Shown here in pieces: positions 34,079 to 51,700 of a DNA stretch of 64,000 nucleotides. The position numbers were made by a program, and so were the translations under genes. The DNA comes from the human T2T-CHM13v2.0 reference genome, Homo sapiens: the NCBI RefSeq assembly GCF_009914755.1, contig NC_060938.1; one strand, given 5' to 3'. Below the pieces are notes generated by a model. It saw only the letters and a list, made by a program, of their open reading frames with translations, searched no databases and had not been told where the DNA came from. Numbering within the stretch: the first letter of the stretch is position 1; every line of letters begins with the position of its first letter.

Positions 34079-34260
34079 GGGGCCGCGGTGCGCCAGGCAG
34101 CGAGCCATGCGGTGTCAGGGAGGTGGAGCCGTGAGGGGGGCATGCCCCGGGGGAGGGTGGCGTGTGTGGGGAGACACAGGGACAGGCATGCGGAGGGAGG
34201 GTGGGGGGGGCGGGGGAGGAGGGGAAATAAAAGTGCACACGGTTAGACACACCAACGAGG
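34079..34260 (-). promoter_or_regulatory. AG-exclusion zone and branch point (TCTAAC, A at 34243) of the NM exon
   Basis: 182 nt with no AG; near-consensus branch point about 167 nt upstream of the acceptor. Confidence 0.8.
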
Positions 34261-34834
34261 CTCCAGGGGGTGCCCTCCCCCCAGCACACGCAGCCCTGCT
34301 CCAGGGAGCAGGACCACAGTGGGGTGTGATGAGCCACAAGGGTGAGAAGCTCCCTCAGAAGTGACCCAGCCCCCCCGCTTCCCCAGGGGCTTCCCCCCAG
34401 GTGCCTAGAGAGCCATGAAGCAGGTGGGGTGGTGGGCAGCACCCAAGCCCATGCTCCCACGCCTTGGGACCGCCCGCAAGCCCCAGGGCACTGGGAAGGG
34501 GCAGCCCACTAAAACCCAGCCTGACCCAGAGCTGGGATGGGAACCCAGGACCAAGGCCTCTGACATCCCCAGCAGAGTCCCAGAGGCCACTGGAGGTCGG
34601 GGTAGGGGTAGGGGCCAGCGAGGGCAGGAGGAGTCTCTTCTGCTCCTCTGTCTCCACAGCCAGGGAGCAGCAAGCCTTCACTGAGGGTGACTCCTCATGG
34701 TAGGAGAGCAAGGATCAGGGGTCAAAGGTCCTCTTTCTACCCACAGTCTGAACACTCTCTCCCGGAAAGCAGGGAAGCTTATGGGGCACCAACACAGGTT
34801 TTCCAAGGCTGGTTTTGCAGGGTGCATTGAGTCA

Positions 34835-35185
<351 letters not shown>

Positions 35186-35817
35186 CTACTCCCCAACCAT
35201 CAAAATGGCCAAAGCCATCAAACTTGGCCTTCTGTGTGGCTGAGTGTCACCAGAGGAAGGGGAACCAGGACAAGGACAACCTACTAGGACAAGGACCCTA
35301 GATGACCAAGGGGCAGGGTGGCAGCCTCTGCCTGGGAGAGCAAAGAAACCAGGACTTGCCAATGGGGGTCAGGTCAGGAAGGAGGGCAGATTTGGGGGTA
35401 GGAAAGATTGAGACAAAAAAATGTGTGATTCCCCGAACCTCCAACCCCACAGCCACGCGCGCACACACACATACACACACACACACTCTTGCACAGTTAA
35501 AACAAGTAGCCATTTTCAAAGCAGATGCCTGAGCCAGTGTTTGGAGCCCACCAGCACCCAGAACCACCAGAAGTGCTTATTCTGAACTCCACCCCAGAAT
35601 TAGTGAAGCAAATTCTAGAGATGGGGCCTAGAAATGTGCATTCTCAACACATTCCTTGGGAAAGCAGAAGGTACTAAAAATTGAAGATGTGAGGCTTCAG
35701 GGGTGAAGTTAATTTATCCTCCAACTATGACCTGTTCCCTTGGAGACTTCCCCACCCAGGAGAAAGAGCAGAAGGGGCCACGGGCTCCCGAAGAGGAACA
35801 AGGCCAGCCCCACCCAC

Positions 35818-35997
35818 CTCCATGGTGTAGTTGGTGTGCTTGTTGTCGAAGATGAGCGCCTCCTGGATGAGCTGGTGGTCGCCCTCCAGCTGATCAATCT
35901 TTGGCTTGTAGTTGACGATGCTCTTCTCATACTGCCGCAGGTGGCTGAGCTGGTCCTCCAGGGTCCCATGCATCTCAATGGAGATCCTCCCGATCTC
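35818..35997 (-). CDS. ACTN1: ACTN1 exon 17 (180 nt), EIGRISIEM...TNYTME
   Basis: gagcag|GAGATC...ATGGAG|gtgggt. Confidence 0.96.
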
Positions 35998-36942
35998 CTG
36001 CTCACCGGGAAGGAAGCACCTTGTCAGACCACCTCACTCTGCTCCCATAGGGTGGGGACTGGGGCCTCCAAAATCACTTATTAAGCCCTCAAATGATTCT
36101 CAGTTCCCATCCCAGCCCTAAGGAGGCCATCACTGGTAATTAGTAAGACACTTTTAGCATGGGTGCTCTTAGGTATGGAAACAGCACCACAGAGGTATAT
36201 AACAAGCACTGTTATCATTGGATGAAATACCTACCAACTCTCGGGTACCTGTCAGCCTCAGAAAGGGGATGCAGGGTCAGTTCTAACCTAAATATTCACT
36301 CCTCTGCTTGCCATTCAAATGCCCTTTCCCAAGTCTTGTCCATCTCAGGGACCCACTGAACCAGGATCCTCGTAGCCTCGGCAGACCTCACTCACCTCCT
36401 CAGTACCCATGCTCTTGCTCCTGCTGTTCCGCCTCCTGGGATGCCTGCCCTGGCCCACCTGAATCCCATTCATCCCTGCAGGCCAGGCCTAATGCCCATT
36501 TCTGTCTGTTATTCATCCATGTAAACAACCATTGTTTGTGAAAGCACTTTCTGTCCACTCAGTTCAATTCAGTAGATATTTCCTGCCTGTCTACTAAGGA
36601 CAATGTGCTGGCAGGGGTGCAGGGGAGCGACACATACCAATGTGAACTCAACATGGTCTCTGTTCTTAAGGAACTCAGAGGCCATGCTCTAGCCAAGCAG
36701 GGCCTCTTTCCTGATCTGCTAAAGCACCCCACTATCTACCCCACACAATTCAGAAAAAAATTCTATGCTCTACTGGGGTTCAGTTCTCTTTCTGGGAAGA
36801 TCAATCATTTTCTTTGGCCAGGCTCATTGCTCAGGAGGAGGAGGAGAGGAAGGGGAGGCCTGATCAACAAGAGACATCAAGGGGATTAAGCTGGATCGGG
36901 CGCTCAGGAACTGACCCTAGTATGGGACTTTCATAGGCAGCT

Positions 36943-36980
<38 letters not shown>

Positions 36981-36981
36981 A

Positions 36982-37260
<279 letters not shown>

Positions 37261-37376
37261 TAGTGGTGTCCTCATATGTCTTTGCTCCCAAATCAGATAC
37301 TGCCAGCAGGGCTTCTTCACATAGGCCCCCATAGCCTTCTACAGAACAGCAGACCCACGGTGGGCTCCGGGCCTCA

Positions 37377-37652
<276 letters not shown>

Positions 37653-37890
37653 TCAGCCATCTGTCCATGTGCCAGATGAGGAAATGGAGGACCCAGAAGG
37701 GGAAGGGCCGGTCAGTAACAGAACAGGAGTAAAGGTGTCAACCTGTTCTGGAAACCCAGTCATTTGACATTTGGACAAACAATGAGTGTTTACTATATGA
37801 CAATTTTAAATGAAATTGACAAAAATCAATTAAAATGGACAAAAATCCCTGCCTTTATGAAACTTACAATGGCTCGGCCCATGCCCTTCA

Positions 37891-38124
<234 letters not shown>

Positions 38125-38498
38125 CTAGAAGTGAGTGGAAGGGCCATGGAGGTTGAGTTCCACACCAGCTGGGAGACCAGGAGGCATCAATTCAAAGATT
38201 CTTGTGGCTGAGAACCAGGATGGCAGGTATGGCCACAGGAAGGTGAAGCCACAGTCATCAAAAGCAACAGCTTCATCCTTAGGGCTGGTCAAATTAGCAG
38301 CAACCTCTCTGGTGTGTTCACCACCTCACAGGTCAGGGAGAAGGGCTGCTCCAGAGGCTCACTACCCAGGTGACCTCCCACAACATGAGCTTCCTTAGCT
38401 CCTGGCAAAACCTTTTAAATCCAGTATTCTGCAACTGCATGAAAGATTGAGGAAGCTGCTAATTGATGTGAAATGAGCTCCAAATAAATGTTACATTA

Positions 38499-38831
<333 letters not shown>

Positions 38832-39005
38832 TCAGAATATGGTATATAATAAAAGGTACTTTTTGTTTTATACAAAAAGGGTACAAAGCATGGAAACAAA
38901 CATTTGCTTGTGTGCAGAGACTGTAGTCAAATTCTTACCTTTGGGGAGAGAACTAGGGGCTGGAGGATAAGGAGTCAGAGGGAGACCCTATCATAAACCT
39001 TTTTA

Positions 39006-39542
<537 letters not shown>

Positions 39543-39732
39543 TCAAATGGCTGGGGTTGGGCTGTAAAGCACACTAAACTGGGAGGATGAGACATGTGAG
39601 GGCAAGAGAGGAGGCATCGCCATGAGGGCAAAGTCCAAATCCTGTGCCAAAGTGAATCTTCCACATTTAGGCCAGGGTTGGGGGAGGTCTGGGGAAGCCA
39701 TAGAGTCTTTTAGCCCAAAGCAAAGAGAGTCA

Positions 39733-39945
<213 letters not shown>

Positions 39946-40447
39946 TTAATTTCATGGCCCATCTCCCTCTCTCTGAGGCTGTCAGTGGGGTGGCTGGTGG
40001 TGCTGGGAAGAGCCAGGGGCGCTCCCTTCAAGAGACCTTCCAGGCACTCCTTCCACCCCTCCCCTCTTTCAGGAGACTGGCAGAGAGGAGACCAAAGAAG
40101 ACCCCTTTCCCAGTCATGGCTGGAGGTGACACCAGCCTTCACCTCAATGGCCAATGGCAGGGAGCCCTCGAGGCCCAACGAGAAAGCTCAGAACCAAGTC
40201 TTGGTCACCCTCTGCTCCTGTACTAGCTACAGGCGAGAACTGGTGGCCTTTAACAGGATGGCAGTGGTCCCGGGCTCCTTCCCCACCAGGAGAGATATTT
40301 GTCTCCTGCGTTGACTCCCTCCCCACCTGGGCACCCACCTGTACCCACCCTCCCCATCTTCCACGGCCACACCCCCACCTCCCCCAGCAGCTGAGAAAGC
40401 CCAGCCTCAGCCCCTCACCACAGGGTAGGGGTGTCTGGGGCCACCTA

Positions 40448-40669
<222 letters not shown>

Positions 40670-41553
40670 TCAGGGCCCCAGGAGCTCCACTTCTGGGGGT
40701 GCTTCTCAAGGAGGTGCCCATTGTGCAGGGATCTGCAGGGTGCAAAAGCAGATGTGCAACTAGAACATCCACCAACCGGCGCAACGGGGAAAAGCACTCT
40801 CCTCAGAGCACTTCCAAGGCCATGAAAGTGTCTACGCAGGAAGGCTATGCAGGAGTCTGTGGGAATGCATAGGGCATGACGCTATACACACAGCGGGAAA
40901 CACAGCCATCCACACCCTCTGGTATAACCAGGAAAAAAACAACCCAAGCACCTCAGGAGTACCCTGCCTTTAGAATGTCCCCAGTTACCGTCACTGGCTG
41001 CCGGCAGCCCTGCAGGGGCCCCTTCCCTCGGTCAGTGTGTCCAGTGCACTCTGCACAGAACCCGACAGTGGCTAGCGCCTTCTCTGACCCTCAGACACAC
41101 TGCCCTCTATCTACAGGGCACAAGCAGGTCTTGCGTTTCTTAAATTTGTTTCCACAGGAGGAAAGCAGGAACAAGAAATGACCTCCCAGGGCCATTGTTA
41201 GACGACGCTCACCAGCTGCCTTGTGAAGTTGACAGGCACAGGATGGGGGCTGGCCCAGCCTCCCTCACTCACATACCCAACCCTCTGCTGCTGGTATGCT
41301 CGGCCCATCTCAATAAATAAGGCTGGGCTGGGAGCCAAGGTTGTGTCCCCAGGTGGCATTTCTTTCCTTCCCCCTACTCTTTCTTCTTTAAAACAGAATG
41401 GTAATATATAAAGCTTAGGAAAAAAATTACAGGTAAGCCTACTTATCCACTCCTATTCAGTCTTTCCTTATGTGGATATTCTTTGGGCATATATAAATTA
41501 TGTTTCCTGCTTTTAAAATATTTAGCAGCACATGGGCCGGGCACGGTGGCTCA

Positions 41554-41814
<261 letters not shown>

Positions 41815-41998
41815 TCAAAAAAAAAAAAAATTGGCGGCACATTATTGGAATTTCTGCCCTGGCTCCATAGTCTTCTCATGTAGACGTCTGCAGAAAGGCT
41901 GCACGTCCACTCCCCTAACCCTTCACTGCCCTACTGTGAGTTGCTGGGCCCTCAGCTTGCCCTAGTGTGGATGTCTCCATGTTCAGGATGGATTTTTT

Positions 41999-43206
41999 TT
42001 TTTGTATTTTAATAATTGAGATTTTATTGGTTGAAGATCAGTACAGACGTTTCAATTTGTACACAATTCTTAACATACGTAATGAAATTCTAAAAAGCCA
42101 TGTAGTGTAATTCTTTTTTAAAGTTATTCCAGTGACTTTCCAGCTTAAAATCGGGAAGCAAATTTTCCTTAAGAGGCTATCAAGTACCAGTATTTTCACA
42201 TGTTGGTCAGCTGTCACATACGGCCCACCAGTTCACAACTGAATAGCACGTACACTACATATTCAAATTTGTAATCTTTCACAGCACAGTGACAAAGTTA
42301 TTAGGAAAACAGGACTACCACAACCAAAGATGTTACAGAGTGCACAATTCTGACAGGGAGAGCCATGATCAAAGAGTGGTTTTCTTTAGGAAACAATTCT
42401 ACTAAAAAAACAACATGGCAACAGAAGTAATTTAAAATGTTCAAGATATTAAATGCAGGACTGACTCCATATTGCCATTTAATATGCTTTGTATTATAGG
42501 ATATAAAAACTAACCCCCCCATCTATGGAATGTTAAGCTGACACCCGAGACAGTCAAAGCCTCCCATAATTCAATATCCCACACTATTTTCTGGTTGTAC
42601 CAAAAAATAAACAATCAGCAAATGATTTCACCTCTTAAAAAAAAGCATTTACACTTAAAAAATGGGATGAGGTGGGATACCCTCCTTCTTAAAAATGTTT
42701 CTAGAGCTACTAAAAAGCTTGCATTTACAAAATAGTTGATAAAAAATATTCCTCTGGATTGTACAAGAAGGGAGACAGGGACCACTGATAAGACATGGTA
42801 TATGGTATTAATCAGACTCGGCTTCTTTCTCTCCTGCTTCATCAGAGGCTGGACTCTCCTCAGTTTTCATTTCCCCGTTTTCTGCAGGTAAATCTTTAGT
42901 TTCTTAGTTAGCCACTTCGGCCTGTTTTCCCTTTGCTCCCTTTTTCCCTTTTGTTTGCACTTTTTTGTCTGAAGATTTATCCTTCACTGCTGCGTTTTTC
43001 GGCTTCGCTTCCACTTTTGCAGGAGGTTTAACTGACAACCGCGCCGATCTCCTCTTGGGCTTTTCCTTGGCGGCTCCTTCAGCAGAGCTGACCTTCCCCT
43101 TGGGCATCCTGGCGGCAGGGAGGGCGCGTGCCAGGTGTCTGCGGGCCGCGGCATGCTGACAGCCTTTGCGAAACTGTGCTGCCTGGCCGCTGCCACTCCT
43201 CACGCC
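41999..43206 (-). pseudogene. HMGN1P3: Processed HMGN1 pseudogene in ACTN1 intron 11, same strand as the host
   Basis: ATG 43107, MPKGKVSSAEGAAKEKPKRRSARLS...; premature TAA 42904-42906; native stop 42808-42810; AATAAA 42023-42028; poly(A); TSD caggat(g/a)gatt(t/c)tt at 41984 and 43207. The paralogue number is recalled from memory. Confidence 0.93.
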
Positions 43207-43613
43207 CAGGATAGATTCTTTAGACAGTCTCAAGAAATGGAATTCCCAGGTCAGAGTGTAGTAAAATTGGTAGAACTGAATACATGTGGCCAAACTGCTT
43301 TCCCCAGAGGCTGTGCCAGCATGCCAGCACTTCTCATGCCCCTGCTGGTGGCTGGCAAGGCAACGAGGTCAATCTTTGCTTTGTACCTTGGCTGTGAGCT
43401 GGACCCGACAGAAGCATGTGATGAATCAGTGCAATCCCCACTGTGCCTCCTCCACTCTGCCCGTCACGTCTGGATAAATAACTCCATACACGCACAGTGG
43501 ATGTGGGGGCAGCAACCTCTTACCATTGTGTGCAAAGCCCAGCATTTGTACTTACAAAGGGGAACTAGAGCCAACCCCCCTTAGCCAGTCAAGCACACTC
43601 CCATCCCCTACAC

Positions 43614-43951
43614 CAGGGGTCCCCACCCCCTGGGCCATAGACTGGTACTGGTCCGTGGCCTGTTAGGAACTGGGCTAAATAGCAGGAGGTGAGCCAGCAG
43701 GTGGGAGAGCATTACCACCTGAGCTCCGCCTCCTGTTGTGTCAGGGGCGGCACTGGATTCTCACAGGAGCTCAAATCCTATTGTGAACTGCGCATGCGAG
43801 GGATCTAGGTTGTGTGCTCCTTATGAGAATCTAATGCCTGATGATCTGAAGTAGAACAGTCATCCTGAAAGCATCTGCCTCCTCCCCACTGCATGGAAAA
43901 ACTGTCTTCCATGAAACTGGTCCCCGGTACCAACAAGGCTGGGGACCGCTG
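43614..43951. mobile_element. MER1B hAT-Charlie MITE
   Basis: caggggtcccc...ggggaccgctg terminal inverted repeats; 8-bp TSD ccctacac (43606 and 43952). Confidence 0.85.
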
Positions 43952-44616
43952 CCCTACACCAAGCCAAGCCACTCCCAAATGGCCTTGGGGTATGGTTCTT
44001 CCTTCTCATCTCCAACCTAAGATCTGAGGAGTACAAAACAGGGCTGACTGGGGGAGTCTTAGGGCATTGAGCTCCGCCGGCCAATAGGTCTGTCCCACGC
44101 TCCAGCTGAAATGGCCGGAGGGGCCCCAGCAGATAGGCAGCCTGTTCCCCACCTCCAGCCCTGGTCCAGGTTCTGGGGAAAATACTATCCTAGGTATGAT
44201 CCTCTCTCTTCAGAGTTCACCTTAGCTGCCAATAAGCAGACACCAGACACGCCCCCAAGAGCCTCAAGGTTGGAGCAACAGGGACACACATGTGCTAAGG
44301 CAAAGGCTGGTTCACTGTAATTGGAGGCCAGGAAATAGAGGAAAAAGAGCTGAAGAGATGAAAACCACAAGCATGCAATGTACTATAATATTTAAGCCTC
44401 ACAACAACCCATGAGGAGACTGAATTAGGTTGAATGGGGTCCCCCATAAAACTCATGTCAACCCAGAACCTCAAGATAGAACCTTATTTGGAAACAGGCT
44501 CTTTGCAGACATAATTCCTTAAGATGACATTATACGGCTGGGCACAGTGGCTCACGCCTGTAATCCCAACACTTCAGGAGGCAGAAGCAGATGGATCACC
44601 TGAGATCAGGAGTTCA

Positions 44617-44880
<264 letters not shown>

Positions 44881-45162
44881 TCACACAGCACTGCACTATG
44901 CAGGAACTCTCCTCAGAACTTCGTTATGTATTAACTGATTCAATTCTTACAAGCCTGTGAGGTTGGTACTATTATTATTCCCACTTTACAGATGAGGAAG
45001 CTGAGGCGACCAGAAGGCTAATGAACTTGCCTAAAGCCATGGAACTAGTAAGAGACCAAATGAAACAAATGAAAAGCAAAGAATAGCATAGTGGCTGCTG
45101 GCTGGGCTGAAGAGTAGGGAAGTGAAGCCCTGGGGGGAGGCAGGAGGCTGGGCTGGCCTCAC

Positions 45163-45310
45163 CGTCAGTCCAGGCCTCGTGGATGGAGGCCTTCTGCCGG
45201 AACTTCTCTGCCAGGTGGTCCAGTCGCTCCAGCCTCCGGATCTCATTCAGCAACCACTCCTCATAGCCCTTCTCCACCTGCTCCAGGCAGCCCCAGGCAT
45301 TGTTGATGTC
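45163..45310 (-). CDS. ACTN1: ACTN1 exon 11 (148 nt), DINNAW...HEAWTD
   Basis: cacag|GACATC...ACTGACG|gtgagg. Confidence 0.97.
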
Positions 45311-46790
45311 CTGTGGGGATGGGAGGTACAGGGTCAGGGTCTGGCTTGGGCCTAGGCTTCAGGTCCCCTAGCCCCCTAGACCCCTGAAGGTGCCCCATGC
45401 CTTCCAGGAAGAGCCTCTTCCCTATCTCTGCCCCATATCCACCCTAGCCAGGCTGCCCCACCATACCTCCCATCTCCCACTGGTATTTTCTGGGCTCCCA
45501 GGAGCCAGGCCTCCTGGGCAAGGCATGGGACCTGCATCTACATTGGTCACCCAGCTATGGGACTTTGAGAACAGAGCCCTGTGGGGAAAGGGCCCCAGAC
45601 TCTCCCTGACTAGGACTGGTTTCCCGCAGGACTCTAACCGATCACAGAGGTCACACATGTGCTAAGGCAAAGGGCCCCCGAGGTAAACAGACCAACAATG
45701 TGCAATGAGGCAAGCAGGCACTGGAGCTGCCCAGCCTCCCCACTGTCCTGGATCCATTCATGGACTCAGGCCTCTGGGCAATAACCTGGAGCCTACAGAG
45801 ACCCCGGCCTGGGTGAGCCGGCCAGAATTCTGGGAGGACAGATGCTGAGTGCAAACCCACACGCCCCTTCAGACAGGGCCATGCCTCCAGTTTGTGCAAC
45901 AGTGCCCAGCTGGACAGTCACTGGGGCTGCACCCTGCAAGCCACCCTCCCCACATGTCCCCAGGCCAAGCTACATCTGTCCCCCAGAAAGGGTACTTTGT
46001 CTAATTCTCATAGAGCACCCTTAGGCTAGCAGTGGCTCTGGCCACCTAAAAGCTACTGATTCAGCCTTGGAGCCCCGAAATGACTGCAATTTTCCAAACT
46101 GCATACCCACTTGCAATGTATTCTCCCTCCATGACCCCCTGGGCTGCCGTCTCCCCACGATGCTGTCTGCCTTTCACCCTCCCCTTCTAGACCTGTCATG
46201 TGCCCGTGACACTCCTGTTACTTGTTTCACTTAAGGACAAAAAGCTCCGTCATGGCAAATTTCTTACATTTTCTTCTGTGTGTTTCTCTGGCTTATGAAA
46301 TTTTTCCCTAAGTTGTGGGGACAGGGTCAAGAAGGATGAATAACAAAAATAACCTAAAAGAAGAGTATTTTATGACATGGAAAGCTGGTCAGAATATAAT
46401 GTAAGATTGGGGGTTTTCCTAAAGCAGCTTATTATATAAAACAGGCTTTAGTTATCTGTCAGGGGACACTTGAGTACAGAAACCGGGAAAAAATGTTCAA
46501 TTTCAAATACATACACTTTAGGATTCCCTCAAATATTTACACGAAAAAACCAAAAGGATTAAAATCATTTTTTTTAAAGTTGATACTGGGTAGTAAGATT
46601 TTCAGTAATTTCCATGTTCTGTATTTTGCTTATTTGTATCTTTGAAATATACTACCCAAAAAAACCCACAAAACTATTACTTCAATAATAATATTTTTTA
46701 ACTACTTAAGATTCCATGGAAGTAGAAATCAACTTGACTGCGATTCAATTATGCCCTGTTTGGTTCAGGGTGTCAAAAGCATTGTGTTCA

Positions 46791-47309
<519 letters not shown>

Positions 47310-48596
47310 CTAGGGTGGGAAGGCGGTGGGGGCAGGAGGTGAGGAGGCGGGGAGGGAGTGTGCTAGGGCCAGCCTCCCTTTCCTCCCAACAGCCCTCCCA
47401 CATGGGGAAGGGGTCTCTCCTAATAGCACACTCCTTCCCAACCACTGACATTCCCAGGCCATGAAGTCAGCTTCCAGGGTGTTCCCTCTGAGAACCACAG
47501 GCTTCGTGAAGCCTGGCTACTAGGGTACATCGACTCACAGTCACGTCACTCAACCTCCCTGCTTTGCTAAGGGAAGACCCATAGACCTGGTGTGAAGTTA
47601 GTGCAACTAAAAGGCAGGAAGGAAGCCTGGGTTTTAGTACCAGGTTCTAACTGGCTGGGCCTCAGTTTCCTCATCTATACCATGGAGGGGGTTAACAGCT
47701 ATTTCCAGAAGTTCTTGCCATCTGACTTCCTAAGAATCTAGAATGTGGGTCTCTGACTTAAAAGGGAAGAGGCTGGCTTCTGGGCAGAGAGCTGGCCTGG
47801 AGCACAAGCAGGCACGGCCTGGACTGTTTTCCTTGGGCCAAGGTGATGGTGGTGGAGAAGGTGGAGGGGTGCACATGACAATAGGAATACACTGAACACC
47901 TGCAGGGGGCCAGGCACATCACACACATGGACTCATCTGAATCACCACAGAAACACTACAAAGCTAAGGGCTGTGATCACCTGCATGTTACAGAGGAGAC
48001 AACCGAGGCCCTACCAGGTCCTGTAACTTGCCAAGGTGACCTGGCTGGAATGGCAGAAATTTAAACCCAGGCACTTGGGCTCCAGAACCTGCGTTCTTAC
48101 TATGCTGGGCAGCAGATCCACCAAGAGGCTGGGCTGAGCAGCTCAACGGGCTGAATTCTTTCAAGAAGAGGAGGCTTAACCTAAATGTAGCCAATGGCAG
48201 AACAGGAAACCCAGCACTGTGCCATCCTGTTCCCTGAACAGTAGGGGACAGCCGCTACTTTTGGTAGCTGTTATGCTAGCCTGAGCCAGCACTAATTTAC
48301 CGAAAACCCTACCCTCACCCTCTTAGAACCAGATGTGCTCCTTTTCTCACTGAAGCAAAACTCACAGACTAAGAGTACACTAGGCTGGAAAGGCTTTGAC
48401 ATCCCCTGGCTCAACTCTCACTTGACAAGTGAAAAAAACAAGAAGACTCTGAGAGGCAAAGGGATATCCTAGGCTCATGATAACTCAGGGACTGGCCTCT
48501 GCCCCCACCTCACTACTTTCTGGGAGAGCCACAACAGAGCTCAGGCTGCCCTGGACTAGCAGTATTGGGATCAGAGACTATACAAGCCTGAGACTA

Positions 48597-48794
<198 letters not shown>

Positions 48795-51700
48795 TCACGA
48801 CCAGCCAGCCCCAGCAGCAGGGGCACCTGGTACACACCTGTGCTGACAAAGCCCCTCCCATCCCTGCAGCTCCCTGTGGTTGGAAGGGAGTTAAGAAGGC
48901 TGTGAGGTCACATTCCTCCTCTCTCCTTACCATCCTCCTTGCCAGCCCATGGCCAGGTCCCATGGGTCAAGTGAGCCTGGACAGAGGTCTTGGTGGCTGA
49001 ACTGGGCCCCTGGAGAACAGCCTGAGTTTAAGGCCCAACCTGCAGGTTGGGAAGAAACTAATCCAATGACTGATATAATCAAAATACTCAGGTCAGGTGG
49101 AGAGGTGAGAAAATTCATGCCCATCCTGGAATTCCAAGTGGAGGCACTGGAACTGCAAGGCTTAGGACCTCTGGCTGGATTTTCCAGGGTCTTGGAGATG
49201 TGGGAATTCAAATCCGGGAGTCCTGGGATAAAGTGCTGACTGAGAAATCATGGGACCTCTTGGGATCCCTGCAGAATCTCCCAAGGCTCTTGGCCCAAAG
49301 CCTGAAGCACTTTAGAGAAAACTGACGGACATTCTACTGCACCCAAGTCCAGACTTCCGGATCAACCAAGTATGGGCTCAATGCCCAGCAAACCCAGCAC
49401 AGGCCTCTTCCAGACAGCTAAGCACACATCATGCGCTGCGTGCTGGGCTAGCAGGGACCCAAGATGGCCTCAGCAGCAAAGGGAAGGAAAGGGGACTGAA
49501 TGGCAATCCCAGGCAAAGACTAAGAAACCTTAGTGGGAGAGCGCCTTCTGCAGCTGTGGGGGCTACTGTACCCCTAACACCAGCAGGGACCCAGCATTCC
49601 TGAGTCCACTTCAAATAGGTGGTTTTAAAATCCAGCTGTGTTCTTGCATACATTCCAACCCTACACCAAGGGGGAAGTGAACTCAAAGCCTTTTGGGGGC
49701 CAGAGGGTAGAAAGGAAGACAGCCTGGGGGTGGGAGAAGATGATATCTGTGAGAAGACAGACATGCATCCTGAGACCCTGGAGAAGGGTGCCCTGCAGAT
49801 GAAAAATGATCCCTGGATTAACAGGTTGAAAGACAGGACCTCACAACTGGTTGATGAACAAGACAAAACAGGTTTCAACTGCAGCAAGATGAACTGAGGC
49901 TGGTTGTAAGGAAGAGCTTCCTGAGAATGAACGTGCTTAGAATTGGAAGGAATGACTAAGATGGAAGACGGAAATGTTTTTTCCTTGAAGAACTTCTCGA
50001 ATCCGCCCACCAAATCATGTGCTTTGTGGATGGATGACTATGCTGGGGTGTGTGGGGCAGGGGGTAAGGGGCAGAATGAGATCATCCTAAAGGCCTTGTC
50101 AGAAACACAGTCAAGGAGGTCAAGGGAGGCATGACCTGCAGAGCAAGGTGTCAGAATGGGTTGGGAGAACCAATAAGGAGAAGGTGGGAATGACCAGAGG
50201 GTGGTCTAAGAGTCCCCTGAGGTGGGGACTTTGAGTCCTGGGCCTCAAGAAACTGAGACAGGGAGTCACATCCTTAGGCCCTCACCCCCTGACCCCAACT
50301 CAACCCTGTCCTGGAGATGCCATGACTGCTTCTCACCCACAACTCCTGACTGATCGCCATCTCTCTCGAGAACCAACAAGCACCCACGGGGAATCCCAAG
50401 AAGCAACGAAGAGGGAAATGCTTTTCCTGGAGCCTGTCTAGGAGACCTGGAGCCCCAGAAAGCAAGTGGGGCCATGGGAACCAGGCCAGCAGCCTCATGG
50501 GACTGACTGGGGAGCAGCTTGCCGGAAGCCCCAGACTACTTCCCTTCAAGGCTGGGGCAGGGGGCTGCAGAGAGACCCGCGTGTCCTCCTCCAGGCTGAT
50601 GTTTTTGTGAGGATGTGCCACCCCGGCAGACTATGCCAGAGATGTGCCACTCAAACAGCTGAAACCCCTTGGCAGCTACTCATAACTGGCACGAAGCAAC
50701 TGCGGCTGTGATTTTCATGGATAAAGCCACCTTCACCTTGTTACTCTCCTGATCCATCGGCTCGATGGTCATAAAATCTGATGTGTGCCAATTTATCAAA
50801 CTGGTGGACTAAGGTCTGCATTTGTGGGATTTTACATGTGTCCTATGGGACCTCAAGAGCCTCGCCCATCCCCAAGAGCCTGCTGACTACTCCAGAGTCA
50901 GGGTCAAAAGGGCTCCCTTCTGGATGAAGTCTGGGGGAGATTCCGGGTGGGCCTCCTGGGGACTTTCCACAAAGATCCAACCGCATTCCCAAGCCGGAGT
51001 CTCAGCCACCTGCTCCCAGGATGGCCTCTCCAGAAGGAGACTGACTAAGAATACCATCCATTATAACCAGTGAACCAGCCTTCAGAAATAACACACAAGT
51101 ACCACGGGAGACACAAGAGTGCTTTCTGTATGGCAGGCCAGGCTGCAGACTCCACCGGGTTCCCTTGAGAGACAGCCCAGCTCCTACATTACCTTCAGGA
51201 AGCAGGTTCCTGAAGTCCAGATTTGATTTTTCTAAAAAAACTACGGCAGAATCCTCAGAACCTCATCCTCTCCCTTTCTCTCGCAGCCTGACTCCCCCTA
51301 CAGGCAGGATGCACCACAGAGAAGCCCACTGGGTGGTGAGTTGGACCTGCTTCCACGTGGTCCCTTGATGAAGGTGGCTTCATCACCCACCAGCCTCAGC
51401 CTGAGAAGTAAGATGAGGTCAGCTGGGAAGGCCAGGCTTAGGCCCACGGGACACGATCCCGGGAGCAGAAGGAAAGGCCGCTGGGGGTGACAGGCCTTCC
51501 CCATCACCGCAAACTCCTGGTTTTCTAGCTTTTTCCTCTCACAGCTACAAGAACCCCATGAACTCTGAGGGATCTAGGAGAGAGGCACCCAGAACCACCA
51601 AGTACATAAAGAATCTCAAAGACAACCCTTTAGTCCAGAAGTTCAAAGGAGAGATGTGTTCTAGGGGAGGAAAGATTCCTTCCCTGAGAACCTCAGGAAC

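Noticed and set aside
35995-36003. NAGNAG acceptors at exon 17 (GAG CAG GAG) and at the SM exon (CAG AAG)
   Set aside because: CAG strongly outcompetes GAG and AAG, and the sequence gives no evidence of alternative use.
42904-43293. 129-aa ORF as an N-terminally extended HMGN1
   Set aside because: It starts at a non-ATG codon in flanking intron sequence beyond the TSD and ends at the pseudogene's premature stop.
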